Source of the DNA: Candidatus Buchananbacteria bacterium
GTDB taxonomy: Bacteria; Patescibacteriota; Patescibacteriia; 2-01-FULL-39-33
Length of the DNA stretch: 64,000 bases
Direction: 5' to 3'
Assembly (NCBI GenBank): GCA_903888345.1
Contig: CAISTG010000061.1
Span: 18,512-82,511 of the forward strand
Shown: positions 1 to 10,028 of the stretch, piece by piece
Layout of the letters: each line of letters opens with the position of its first letter
Position numbering within the stretch: the first letter of the stretch is position 1
Made by a program: the position numbers and the translations under genes
Notes under the pieces: generated by a model
The model's input: only the letters and a program-made list of their open reading frames with translations
What the model was told of the DNA's origin: nothing
Database searches by the model: none

Positions 1-1
1 A

Positions 2-829
2 TCACATCAGTCTAATAATCCAGCAGGGCGATCACTTAATATTCCTTACCGACTGGATCTCTGTGGCGGCTGGTTAGATCAACCTTTTGTTTCTAGTTTG
101 TGCAGTGGTGCGGTAATTACTTTTCCGGTTTATGGTTTACCCTATGAATTCCGAAATCTGCCTTTAGATTTAAACAAAATTGTCGACTTCAGTAATCGGA
201 GTGGTATGGCCTCTAGTACGCGGGAGGCAGCCATTGAACTGTGGGGCAATTCCATCGGCTTTGGTGAACCGCAAAAATTAGCGCGGCAATTATTTTGCTT
301 TAATAATCCGCCAGGCACCAAGTATATTTCGGGAGCCCAGGACTCAATTGGTATCGTGATGCCAGGTATCACTAAGTCATTTTATAATGGTGACTATTGG
401 CCACTGGCTATCGAAAGTATTAACGAGGAGGTAATTATAGATTTTATTGAGCAGCATCTTTGTTTGGTGCCGTTGCAGCCTCGAGTGTATGGTTACAATC
501 CATTGAATGATAACAATATCGACATCGAAGGCGCTCAGGCGTTAGCTAAAGCCGCACGTGAAACTTGGAGAGCGATTAAAGCCAAGGATTTGGAGGCCCT
601 CGGACAGGCAGTGACTGCCGGCTTTAAAGCTCAAATCTCGATGTTTCCGTATATGGCTGATGAAGCGGTACATGATTTTATTAATGATACACTCAGTCGT
701 AACCGTGATAATATTGTCGGGTACAAGTTGTCTGGCGCCGGTGGTGGCGGTTATCTGATTTGCGTCGTGCGAGAAATTTTACCGAATTCGTTAGTTATTA
801 AAATAGCGCGACAGCTTAAGCGCGATTAG
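2..829 (+). CDS. GHMP-family sugar kinase (heptose/fucokinase-like), 5'-truncated by window edge
   Basis: Frame is open from position 2 (…IPYRLDLCGGWLDQP…). GHMP motifs: SGMASS, GAQD, KLSGAGGGGY. Confidence 0.8.
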   Translation, partial: SHQSNNPAGRSLNIPYRLDLCGGWLDQPFVSSLCSGAVITFPVYGLPYEFRNLPLDLNKIVDFSNRSGMASSTREAAIELWGNSIGFGEPQKLARQLFCFNNPPGTKYISGAQDSIGIVMPGITKSFYNGDYWPLAIESINEEVIIDFIEQHLCLVPLQPRVYGYNPLNDNNIDIEGAQALAKAARETWRAIKAKDLEALGQAVTAGFKAQISMFPYMADEAVHDFINDTLSRNRDNIVGYKLSGAGGGGYLICVVREILPNSLVIKIARQLKRD

Positions 830-837
830 ATTAAATT

Positions 838-2190
838 ATGAAATTTGTGCAGAAACTAAAAAGCCTTGTTATTGATCTGGTTAATGCTGTTTTACCAGAA
901 AAAATTCTTGTTAAAATCAAACAAGAAGGCTTTAAGAAATACTTTAAAAACGCCGGTTGGTTAATGGTGGCACAGGTCTTAAATATTGTTATTAGTTTTT
1001 TTGTTGCCGCGTACGTTACGAGATATTTGGGACCGAGCAGAACCGGTATTATTAGTTTCGGTTTGAGTTACGTCGGAATTTTTTCGTTTATTGCCACTTT
1101 AGGAATTGATAGTATTATATATCGTGATTTAGTCAAACGTCCGGAAGATGAGGATAAAATTTTGGGGACGGCCTTCTTTATCAAGTTAATGGGTGGTTTG
1201 GCGGCCTTTGTTTTGATTACTTCTTCAGTTCTGTTTATTCAGGCAAATGATTTAGTAACAGCGACAGTCACCATTATTATTGCCTTATCCTATATTTTTC
1301 AACCCGTCGGCGTTATTAGTTATTATTTCCAGGCTCGTGTCAAATCAAAAATATCTTCACTGGTCGCCATTGGTGTTTTGTTGACTTTATCGGCTTTAAA
1401 ACTCATATTTATTGGCGGTCACTTCGATATTTATTGGTTCGCTCTGATTTTCTTTTTGGAACAAATTTTTTATGGCAGTGGCTATTTGTATTTCTATCTC
1501 CGTGAAAATAAAAATATCAAAATTTGGCGCTTTGATTATCAGTTGGCGAAATCAATTATTAGTGATTCTTGGCCTTTATTATTCTCACTCATCTTTACTT
1601 CCGTTAATGGTCGAATTGATCAAGTGATTATCGGAAAAATAATGGATAAATCAGTTTTGGGTTTGTATTCGACAATGGTAAAAATTTCGGAAATTTGGCT
1701 CTTTCTTCCTAATATTATCACCGTTTCCTTGTTTCCTGCTATTGTAAATGCCAAAAAAGTCAGTCAACAACTATTTGAGTCGAGAATGGCGCGATTGTAT
1801 AATTTATTGTTTTGGGTGTCCTTAGTGATGGTCGCAGGTATTTATGTTTTTGCTTGGCCAATTGTCTATGTATTATTTGGGACAGAATTTTTGCCAATAG
1901 TGCCTATGATGCGCATCTATATTTTTTCTGGTTTAGCAATCGTGTTTAATGTGGCTTTAAGTCAATGGCTAATTATCGAGAATTATACGAAGATCGCTTT
2001 GGCCTGTTCGATAATCGGCGCGGTTTTAAATATTGGCTTGAATTTATTGCTGATTCCACTTTATGGCGTTTGGGGCGCGATTATTGCCACGCTAATTTCC
2101 TACACAGCAGTCGGTTTTTCGATTATTTTTTTCAAAAAAACCAGACCGCATATTGCTTTAATTATCAGTGGAATATTTTTTAAATTTTAA
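838..2190 (+). CDS. wzx: Wzx-type polysaccharide flippase
   Basis: 450 aa with ~12 TM helices; YFKNAGWL, RYLGP, RIDQVII and GxYS motifs of MOP flippases. Confidence 0.85.
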   Translation: MKFVQKLKSLVIDLVNAVLPEKILVKIKQEGFKKYFKNAGWLMVAQVLNIVISFFVAAYVTRYLGPSRTGIISFGLSYVGIFSFIATLGIDSIIYRDLVKRPEDEDKILGTAFFIKLMGGLAAFVLITSSVLFIQANDLVTATVTIIIALSYIFQPVGVISYYFQARVKSKISSLVAIGVLLTLSALKLIFIGGHFDIYWFALIFFLEQIFYGSGYLYFYLRENKNIKIWRFDYQLAKSIISDSWPLLFSLIFTSVNGRIDQVIIGKIMDKSVLGLYSTMVKISEIWLFLPNIITVSLFPAIVNAKKVSQQLFESRMARLYNLLFWVSLVMVAGIYVFAWPIVYVLFGTEFLPIVPMMRIYIFSGLAIVFNVALSQWLIIENYTKIALACSIIGAVLNIGLNLLLIPLYGVWGAIIATLISYTAVGFSIIFFKKTRPHIALIISGIFFKF

Positions 2191-2200
2191 TCCTAAATTT

Positions 2201-2989
2201 ATGAAGACAATCATCCTTTGTGGAGGCGAAGGCACAAGAATGAAGGAGGATACGGAGTTCAAGCCGAAGCCGTTAGTCGAGGTTGGCGGTAAGCCGATCT
2301 TATGGCATATCATGAAAATTTATGCTCACTATGGCTACAATGAGTTTATCTTGGCCTTGGGGTATAAAGGGGATTTGATTAAAGACCATTTTTTGAATTG
2401 GCGGACCTTTGAAAATAATTTCACTTTGAGCACTAAGAGCAATGAGATTACTTTTCACAATAATGATTGCGATGATTTCAAGATAACTTTCGTTGAGACC
2501 GGGCTTAAAAGCTTGACCGGCGAACGCGTCCGCCGGGTGAGAGAGTATCTAGGTGATGATGAAAATTTTATGCTCACTTATGGCGATGGCGTAGCTGATA
2601 TCAATATCAAAGAGTTAGTTGATTTTCACCTCCAGCAGGGAACGCTAGGAACAATTAGCGGCGTGAAACCCGGTACCAGATTCGGTTTGCTTAATATCGA
2701 TGAAGCGACGAGTAAAATGGTTGATTTTTTTCAACATGATGTTAATGAAGCGGGCATCAATAAACACACCCAAGATTATATCAATGGTGGTTTTATGGTT
2801 TTAAAAAGGGCGGTGTTGGATATTATTAAGCCTGATACCATGGTTGAATCAATTTTCGAACCGTTAGCGCAACAAGGGGAGTTGTCGGTTTATGTGCATA
2901 AGGGAAATTGGAAATGTATGGATACCCATAAGGAGATGGAGGAAATGAATAAATTTTGGACGAACGATCCTTTTTGGAAAGTTTGGTAA
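2201..2989 (+). CDS. rfbF: Glucose-1-phosphate cytidylyltransferase
   Basis: MKTIILCGGEGTR, PKPLVEVGGKPILWHIMKIY, LTYGDGV, WKCMDT and terminal PFWKVW; ATG at 2201. Confidence 0.92.
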   Translation: MKTIILCGGEGTRMKEDTEFKPKPLVEVGGKPILWHIMKIYAHYGYNEFILALGYKGDLIKDHFLNWRTFENNFTLSTKSNEITFHNNDCDDFKITFVETGLKSLTGERVRRVREYLGDDENFMLTYGDGVADINIKELVDFHLQQGTLGTISGVKPGTRFGLLNIDEATSKMVDFFQHDVNEAGINKHTQDYINGGFMVLKRAVLDIIKPDTMVESIFEPLAQQGELSVYVHKGNWKCMDTHKEMEEMNKFWTNDPFWKVW

Positions 2990-2999
2990 ACTACATCAT

Positions 3000-4070
3000 A
3001 TGAAAAATTTTTATCAGGGTAAAAAAGTATTAATTACCGGACATACCGGTTTTAAGGGCGCTTGGTTGTCACAAATTTTATTGAATTTTGGCGCTCAGGT
3101 AATCGGCATTGCACTTGAGCCGCCCAGCCGACCATCATTATTCGGGGCTTTAGAATTATATCGAAGAATGACTAGTTATTTGGCTGATGTTCGCGACTAT
3201 GAAAAAATTAAAGCGATTATTGCTTTGGAACGACCGGATATCATTTTGCATTTGGCGGCACAGCCAATCGTGCGCTTAAGTTATGACGACCCACTGACGA
3301 CTTATACGACGAATATTTTGGGAACGACTAATGTTTTGCAGGCAGTCAAAGAAGTCGGTGGCATCAAGTCGGTTGTTATGATTACGACTGATAAGGTTTA
3401 TGAAAATAAAGAATGGATTTATCCGTATCGGGAGTTTGAACCATTAGGCGGTTATGATCCGTATAGCGCGTCTAAGGCGGCGGCGGATATCATTGCTAAT
3501 TCCTATATTCAATCATTTTTTAATGTTAATAAGTATGGCAGCGATCATCAGACTTTGGTGGGAATTGCCCGCGCTGGCAATGTGATTGGCGGCGGTGATT
3601 GGGCTCAAGATCGGTTAATCCCCGACATCGTGCGAGCAATCTTCGAAAAAAATACACCTGTTATCATCCGTAGCCCGAAAGCGATTCGTCCGTGGCAGCA
3701 TGTTCTCGAACCATTAAGTGGTTATTTGCAATTGGCAATGGGCCTCTATGAAGGTAAAACAGAATTGGTTGGGGCTTGGAATTTTGGCCCAGAGGAAGAA
3801 TCGTTTGTTAATGTGGAAGAGGTTTTAAAATTAGGGATTGCCGCCTGCGGCCAGGGGAGCTATGAAGTACAACCGGACTTAGCTAAACACGAGGCGCAAT
3901 TATTAAAATTAGATATTACTAAGGCGAAAGAGAAATTGGGCTGGAAACCGAGAATCGGCTTAGCTAAGAATATCGAGATGACTTTTTCGTGGTATGGAAA
4001 TTATTATTCTCAACCGGAGGAAGTAGTCGCTTTTACTGACAGACAAATTAATTATTTTTTTAATCTCTAA
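3000..4070 (+). CDS. rfbG: CDP-glucose 4,6-dehydratase
   Basis: TGHTGFKGAWL, HLAAQPIVRLSY, DPYSASK, RAGNVIGGGDW, RPWQHVLEPLSGY. Confidence 0.95.
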   Translation: MKNFYQGKKVLITGHTGFKGAWLSQILLNFGAQVIGIALEPPSRPSLFGALELYRRMTSYLADVRDYEKIKAIIALERPDIILHLAAQPIVRLSYDDPLTTYTTNILGTTNVLQAVKEVGGIKSVVMITTDKVYENKEWIYPYREFEPLGGYDPYSASKAAADIIANSYIQSFFNVNKYGSDHQTLVGIARAGNVIGGGDWAQDRLIPDIVRAIFEKNTPVIIRSPKAIRPWQHVLEPLSGYLQLAMGLYEGKTELVGAWNFGPEEESFVNVEEVLKLGIAACGQGSYEVQPDLAKHEAQLLKLDITKAKEKLGWKPRIGLAKNIEMTFSWYGNYYSQPEEVVAFTDRQINYFFNL

Positions 4071-4882
4071 TGGAACAGCAAGATTACCAAAAAATAGCGA
4101 GTGCTATCAGATTATCGATTTTAGAAATGATTTATAATTCTAAGAGTTCCCATATTGGCTCGGCTTTTAGTATTGTTGATCTTTTGGTCTGTTTATATTT
4201 TAATGTCATGAGTGTAAATTTGGATGACCGATGTGCCATTGAACGTGACTTGTTTATTTTGAGTAAGGGGCATGCCGCCACGGCTTTATATGCGACGCTT
4301 TGCCAGCGTGGGTATTTTGCTTCGAAAGAATTAGAAAAATATGGCGAATCAGGAACCAAATTATCGGGACATGTCATTAAAGATTGTTTGCCGGGAATTG
4401 AAGTGTCGGCGGGATCACTCGGCCATGGGTTGCCAATTGCCGCCGGAATGGCGCTGGCAGCTAAGTTAGATAATCGCCGCAATCAGGTGTTCTGCCTGAT
4501 GGGTGATGGCGAATGCAATGAGGGATCAGTTTGGGAGGCGGCTATTTTTGCTGGTCATCATCAATTGGGCAATTTATTTGCTATTATTGATTTTAATAAT
4601 CAGCAGGGCATGGGACGTTCTGACGAAATTCTAAACCTGTCGGAGATGGGACAGGCTTGGGAAGGTTTTGGCTGGGAGGTGCAAACAGTAGACGGACATA
4701 ATCATCTGGAGATAATTAAAGCATTTGCTAATTTTTCAACCGTAAAGCCAAAAGTGCTAATTGCTAAAACAGTTAAAGGTAAGGGCGTTGCTTGGATGGA
4801 GGACAAGATTGAATGGCATTATAAGAGCCCGACTGAGGACCAGTATCAGGAGGCAAAAAATATATTAACTGCCAACCTATGA
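4070..4882 (+). CDS. Transketolase N-terminal (ThDP-binding) subunit
   Basis: SHIGSAFS, LSKGH, GSLGHGL, GDGECNEGSVWEA, KTVKGKG, WHY. Confidence 0.9.
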   Translation: MEQQDYQKIASAIRLSILEMIYNSKSSHIGSAFSIVDLLVCLYFNVMSVNLDDRCAIERDLFILSKGHAATALYATLCQRGYFASKELEKYGESGTKLSGHVIKDCLPGIEVSAGSLGHGLPIAAGMALAAKLDNRRNQVFCLMGDGECNEGSVWEAAIFAGHHQLGNLFAIIDFNNQQGMGRSDEILNLSEMGQAWEGFGWEVQTVDGHNHLEIIKAFANFSTVKPKVLIAKTVKGKGVAWMEDKIEWHYKSPTEDQYQEAKNILTANL

Positions 4883-5796
4883 GAAATACGACGATCAATG
4901 AAATATTGCAGTTAGCTAAAAGTGATCCCAACATCATCTTAATGACGGCGGACCTGGGTTATTCTGTTATGGAAAAATTTATTGAAGAACTGCCACGTCA
5001 GTTTATTAATGTTGGCATCGCCGAACAGAATATGATTGGTCTCGCAGCTGGTTTGGCGCTAATGGGGAAAAAAGTAATCGTTTATACGATCGTGCCTTTT
5101 GCTACCATGCGTTGTTTCGAGCAAATTCGGGTTGATCTTTGCTATCAAAATTTAGACGTTAAGATTATTGGTGTTGGTGGCGGTTATGCTTATGGAACTT
5201 TGGGCACGACACATTACGCGATTGAGGATTTGGCGATTATGCGCTCACTGCCCAACATGAAAGTATTTGCACCGGCTGATGCGATTGAAGCCAAAGAAAT
5301 AGTGCCATTATTGTTGAGTTTGCCTGGTCCTGGATATTTGCGCTTGAATCGAGGCGGTGAGATTAATATTCATCCTACGACTCAACTAAAATTGCAATTG
5401 GGGCAAGGGATAGATATGACGCCGTCAGCTGAAATATTATTAATCGCGACTGGCAATATTTTACAAAACGCCGTCGCCGCCATTAAACAGCTCGAATCAG
5501 AAAATATTAAGATCCAATTAGTGAGTCAACCATTTCTGAAGCCGATTGATCGCGACTGGTTGGTGGCAAAATTATCCGGCAAGAAATATATTTTTACCGT
5601 TGAAGAGCATAGCGTGATCGGAGGATTGGGGTCACTGATTGCTGAGCTTATTGCCGAGGCGGGCCTGCATGTCCGCTTAAAGCGTTTGGGTGTTAATGAT
5701 GAGTACTTTTCGACTATTGGAAAGCAGGATTATATGCGCGATTTGGCGGGCATCTCCACCGAAAAAATAGTCGAACAAATTAAACAATATGTCTAA
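4879..5796 (+). CDS. Transketolase C-terminal subunit
   Basis: TADLG, NVGIAEQNMIG, EQIRVD, THYAIED, EEHSVIGGLG; ATGA overlap with the N-subunit gene. Confidence 0.9.
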   Translation: MRNTTINEILQLAKSDPNIILMTADLGYSVMEKFIEELPRQFINVGIAEQNMIGLAAGLALMGKKVIVYTIVPFATMRCFEQIRVDLCYQNLDVKIIGVGGGYAYGTLGTTHYAIEDLAIMRSLPNMKVFAPADAIEAKEIVPLLLSLPGPGYLRLNRGGEINIHPTTQLKLQLGQGIDMTPSAEILLIATGNILQNAVAAIKQLESENIKIQLVSQPFLKPIDRDWLVAKLSGKKYIFTVEEHSVIGGLGSLIAELIAEAGLHVRLKRLGVNDEYFSTIGKQDYMRDLAGISTEKIVEQIKQYV

Positions 5797-6673
5797 AACA
5801 AGAGTTTTATTAACTGGAGCCAGTGGATTTATTGGTCGCAATATTCGAGAACAGCTGGACGATAAATACGAGCTACTGTGTCCCAGCAGTCATGATTTGA
5901 ATTTGTTGGATAGCGCAGTCGTGTCAGAATATTTAGCGTCAAAGCAACCGGATCTGGTTGTGCATGTGGCAGGTAAGGGCGTTAGCCGCGGGCAACCTTT
6001 GACGGCGGATATTGCCGAAAATAATCTGCGGATGTTTTTTAATTTAGTCCGAAACAAAAAACATTTTCAACGTTTGATTGTCATTGGTTCGGGAGCGGAG
6101 TATGATAAAAGCCGATCAATTAGCCAGGTAACGGAAGCGGATTTCGATCGATCGGTGCCTCAAGATCAATATGGATTCTCCAAATACGTGATGTCTAAAT
6201 ACGCCGAGCAAGTCGACTACATCACCCACCTGAGATTATTCGGCGTTTATGGCAAGTACGAGGATTATACCATTCGCTTTATTTCCAATATGATCGCTCG
6301 CGCCCTAAATGATTTACCTCTGGTGATAAATCAAAACGCCAATTTCGATTATATCTTTATTGATGATTTAGTCCGGATTATTGATTTAATGATTATGGCT
6401 AAGCCAGTGCAGACCTTTTACAATTTAGGCGGTGACCAAGCAGTTGAGTTATTGCAAGTGGCCCAATTAGTTAATGAACAATTAAATAAACGCTTGCCAA
6501 TAGAAATCAAGATTAGTGGTCTTAATAAAGAGTATACTTGCTCTTCCGATCGCTTTAAGCAGGAGTATCCCAATTTTAAATTTACTGATCTCAAAGTGGC
6601 GATTCAAAAGCTTACTTATTACTATCAGAATAATAACGAGACCATTGATCCTGACAAATTAAGAACGAATTAA
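5789..6673 (+). CDS. NAD-dependent epimerase/dehydratase/reductase
   Basis: TGASGFIG, GSGAEY, YGFSK (YxxxK). Confidence 0.85.
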   Translation: MSKTRVLLTGASGFIGRNIREQLDDKYELLCPSSHDLNLLDSAVVSEYLASKQPDLVVHVAGKGVSRGQPLTADIAENNLRMFFNLVRNKKHFQRLIVIGSGAEYDKSRSISQVTEADFDRSVPQDQYGFSKYVMSKYAEQVDYITHLRLFGVYGKYEDYTIRFISNMIARALNDLPLVINQNANFDYIFIDDLVRIIDLMIMAKPVQTFYNLGGDQAVELLQVAQLVNEQLNKRLPIEIKISGLNKEYTCSSDRFKQEYPNFKFTDLKVAIQKLTYYYQNNNETIDPDKLRTN

Positions 6674-6685
6674 ACTTTGTTAGTT

Positions 6686-7768
6686 ATGGAAAATATTATG
6701 AACAATTCCGATCAAATCATTCAAGAGGATTTAAGCTTCATCGCGCAGGCTGCTTTGCCGTGGGCCGAATTGGCGGGAAAAAATGTCTTGATTACGGGAG
6801 CGAGTGGCGCTTTGCCGGCCTATATGGTTGAAACGATCCTATACCTTAATGAAAAGGTTTTTGAAGCCAAGGCAACAATTTTTGCTTTAGTCCGCAATGA
6901 GGCTAAAGCGAAGGCAAGATTTAAACGCTATGAAAATAATCCGTACTTGAAGTTTATTATTCAGGATGTTTGCGATAAAATCGTGGTGGATGACGACCTC
7001 GATTATATTATTCATGCAGCCAGCCAGGCCAGCCCTAAGTATTATGGGCAGGATCCGGTCGGTACGCTATTGCCCAATGTTTTGGGGACTTATCACTTAT
7101 TAGAATTGGCGCGACAAAAGCGGCTGAAGGCATTTTTATTTTTTAGTTCCAGTACGGTCTACGGTAAAATGATCGCTAATGATGGCTCAGCTGCCGAAGC
7201 CGATTTTGGCGTGCTGAATCCGCTGACTATCGCTGCTTGCTATCCAGAAAGCAAAAGAATGGGGGAGACGATGTGCGCTGCCTGGTTAAGTCAATATCAA
7301 ATACCAATCAAGATTATTAGGCCGTTTCATACTTATGGTCCCGGGATTTCTTTAGATGATGGCCGTGTCTTTGCTGATTTTTGCAAGAATATTATTAATG
7401 ACGAGGCTATCAGCCTCAATAGTGACGGCAGTGCTAAGCGAGCTTTTTGCTATTTAGCTGATGCGACGATCGGATTTTTTACGGTGTTACTTAAGGGTGA
7501 GGTGGGAGAGGCCTATAATGTCGCTGGTGCCGAAGAAATCAGTATTTTGGAATTGGCGCGCTTGTTGGTTGGGTTATTTCCGGAAAAAAATATTGATATT
7601 TCTTACCAAGAAAATACAAATAAGGGTTATTTGAAAACAGCGGTCACTAGTTATGTCCCTAATTCTAATAAACTCAAGGCTCTTGGTTGGCAACAGAAGT
7701 ATCCAATTAAGGAGGGTTTTCGCAGAATGATTACGAACTATCTTAATGAATTAGGTTCTGAGGCGTAA
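6686..7768 (+). CDS. NAD-dependent epimerase/dehydratase (UXS/RfbB-like extended SDR)
   Basis: TGASGAL, HAASQASP, YPESKR, RPFHTYGPG, DGRVFADF; exact start uncertain (6677/6686/6698). Confidence 0.82.
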   Translation: MENIMNNSDQIIQEDLSFIAQAALPWAELAGKNVLITGASGALPAYMVETILYLNEKVFEAKATIFALVRNEAKAKARFKRYENNPYLKFIIQDVCDKIVVDDDLDYIIHAASQASPKYYGQDPVGTLLPNVLGTYHLLELARQKRLKAFLFFSSSTVYGKMIANDGSAAEADFGVLNPLTIAACYPESKRMGETMCAAWLSQYQIPIKIIRPFHTYGPGISLDDGRVFADFCKNIINDEAISLNSDGSAKRAFCYLADATIGFFTVLLKGEVGEAYNVAGAEEISILELARLLVGLFPEKNIDISYQENTNKGYLKTAVTSYVPNSNKLKALGWQQKYPIKEGFRRMITNYLNELGSEA

Positions 7769-7799
7769 CTTAGGCCTCGACAATTTAAATATAATTTTT

Positions 7800-9104
7800 A
7801 TGAATGAAAATCTTAAAGCAGAGTTAATTAAAGAGTATAACTCACGTTTCCCCCAAAAGGAATTTACAGCGGAAATTAGTGCGGTGCCGGTATCGGGCAA
7901 GGTTTTTGATGAGCAGGAAATTTTGCTGATGACCGAGGCTGTTTTGGACGGCTGGTGGACTGAAGGTCGGTTTACGGCTGAGTTCGAACAGAAATTGGCC
8001 GAGTTTGTCGGCGTACAATATTGCGCCGCGGTTAATTCTGGATCATCGGCTAATCTTTTAGCGATTGCTTGTTTGACTTCACAGAAACTGCCGCAGGAAA
8101 AGAGACTGCAACCGGGAGATGAGGTTATTACGGTGGCGGCTGGCTTTCCCACGACCATTAATCCTTTATTGCAATTTAATTTAACACCAGTATTTATTGA
8201 TGTCGAATTGGGAACTTACGTTCCTTCCCTTGAATCAATTAAAGCTGCTCTATCTGATAAAACAAAAGCGGTCATGATTGCTCATACCTTGGGCAATCCT
8301 TTCGAACTGGAGGAAATTGTTGAATTTTGCCAGCAGCATAATTTATGGTTAATCGAAGATAATTGCGATGCTTTGGGCTCAAGGCTCAATGGAAAAAAAA
8401 CTGGATCTTTCGGCGATATTTCGACGCTCAGTTTTTATCCGGCCCATCATATCACTACCGGTGAAGGTGGCGCGGTTTTGACTAATAATGCTTTGCTTAA
8501 TCGGATCATTAGATCAATCCGCGACTGGGGTCGGGATTGTTGGTGCCCCACCGGTAAGGATGATTCTTGTCAGCGACGCTTTGAGTGGCAATTAGGCGCC
8601 TTACCATTAGGTTATGATCATAAGTATACTTACAGTGAAATTGGTTACAATCTTAAAATGATGGATGTTCAGGCGGCTCTCGGCTTAGCCCAGTTCCAAA
8701 AATTGCCAATGTTTATCGAGAAACGCAAAACTAATTTTAAATTGCTGTATTCTGCTTTTAAAAAATTTGATGATGTATTTATCTTGCCGCAATGGAGCGT
8801 TGGCGCCGACCCGAGTTGGTTTGGATTTTTGTTGACGGTTAAAGATGGGGCAAAATTCAAGCGTGATGATTTATTAAAATTCTTGAATAGTAAAAAAATT
8901 GGCACGCGCTTATTATTTGCCGGCAATGTCACCAAGCAACCGTATTTTACGGAGAGAAGCGTTGCTTTTCGAGTTGCTGGCACTTTAGACAATACCGATA
9001 AGATTATGAATGATACTTTTTGGATTGGTGTGGGGCCCTTAGTAACCGAGAGTATGATTGGATATATAATAAAGGCAATTGAAGGCTTCCTGGCAAGAAA
9101 TTAA
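7800..9104 (+). CDS. rfbH: CDP-4-keto-6-deoxy-D-glucose 3-dehydrase (E1, DdhC)
   Basis: VNSGSSANLLA, EDNCDALG, SFYPAHHITTGEGG (His instead of the PLP Lys), RDWGRDCWC, YDHKY, TRLLFAGN. Confidence 0.95.
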   Translation: MNENLKAELIKEYNSRFPQKEFTAEISAVPVSGKVFDEQEILLMTEAVLDGWWTEGRFTAEFEQKLAEFVGVQYCAAVNSGSSANLLAIACLTSQKLPQEKRLQPGDEVITVAAGFPTTINPLLQFNLTPVFIDVELGTYVPSLESIKAALSDKTKAVMIAHTLGNPFELEEIVEFCQQHNLWLIEDNCDALGSRLNGKKTGSFGDISTLSFYPAHHITTGEGGAVLTNNALLNRIIRSIRDWGRDCWCPTGKDDSCQRRFEWQLGALPLGYDHKYTYSEIGYNLKMMDVQAALGLAQFQKLPMFIEKRKTNFKLLYSAFKKFDDVFILPQWSVGADPSWFGFLLTVKDGAKFKRDDLLKFLNSKKIGTRLLFAGNVTKQPYFTERSVAFRVAGTLDNTDKIMNDTFWIGVGPLVTESMIGYIIKAIEGFLARN

Positions 9105-9113
9105 TTCTTTTAA

Positions 9114-10028
9114 ATGTCATTAGCAAACATTGATACCCGCAAGACGATTCTTTTAACCGGCGCGACCGGTTATTTGGGCAGTAATTTGCTGCAGGCGTTA
9201 TTAGCTCGATCCGATTATCGGGTGATTGTTTTAAAGCGCTCTTTTTCCAATACTTTTAGAATCAGCAATTGTTTAGATTACGTAACAGCTTACAATCTTG
9301 ATGAAGTGGAATTAGAGTCAGTTTTCCGCGATAATCAGGTTGATTTGATTTTGCATTGTGCGACCGATTATGGTCGTAAAAATGTTAATCCTTTACAGGT
9401 AGTGGAAGCGAATTTGATTTTGCCGTTGAAGCTGATGGAAATCGGCATCAAATATGGCGTTAAGGGATTTATTAATACTGACACTATCTTAGATAAAAGA
9501 ATCAATCATTATTCCTTATCAAAAAAACAGTTTAAGGACTGGCTGATTAGCTATCGTAATGAGTTGATTTGTATCAATGTGGTTTCGGAACATTTTTATG
9601 GCCCCGGTGATGATAAGACGAAATTCGTTTCTTTTGTCATTGATAGTTATTTGCGCCGCGTTGCCAAAATTGAGTTGACCTTAGGTGAGCAAAAAAGAGA
9701 TTTTATTTATATTGATGACATGGTCGATGCTTTTATAAAAATCATCGACTATGCTTTCACTTTAAGTAATGGTTTTTATGAATTTCAAACTGGCAGCGAA
9801 CAAGTGACGACCGTTAAAGATTTAGTGCAAATGATTGGAACTATTTTGGACAATAAAATAACCTATCCTGATTTTGGTGCCTTGCCGTATCGAGAAAATG
9901 AAGTGATGGAGTGCGTCGCCGATACAACGGAATTAAAAAAATTAGGCTGGCAGCCGCAAAACTCGCTGTTGGCTGGCTTGCAAAAAACAATCAAGCAAGA
10001 ATTGAATAATCTAACTGAACAATTATGA
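9114..10028 (+). CDS. CDP-3,6-dideoxyhexose 4-reductase (paratose/abequose synthase-like)
   Basis: [44 protein letters not shown]; lies between rfbH and rfbE. Confidence 0.75.
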   Translation: MSLANIDTRKTILLTGATGYLGSNLLQALLARSDYRVIVLKRSFSNTFRISNCLDYVTAYNLDEVELESVFRDNQVDLILHCATDYGRKNVNPLQVVEANLILPLKLMEIGIKYGVKGFINTDTILDKRINHYSLSKKQFKDWLISYRNELICINVVSEHFYGPGDDKTKFVSFVIDSYLRRVAKIELTLGEQKRDFIYIDDMVDAFIKIIDYAFTLSNGFYEFQTGSEQVTTVKDLVQMIGTILDNKITYPDFGALPYRENEVMECVADTTELKKLGWQPQNSLLAGLQKTIKQELNNLTEQL

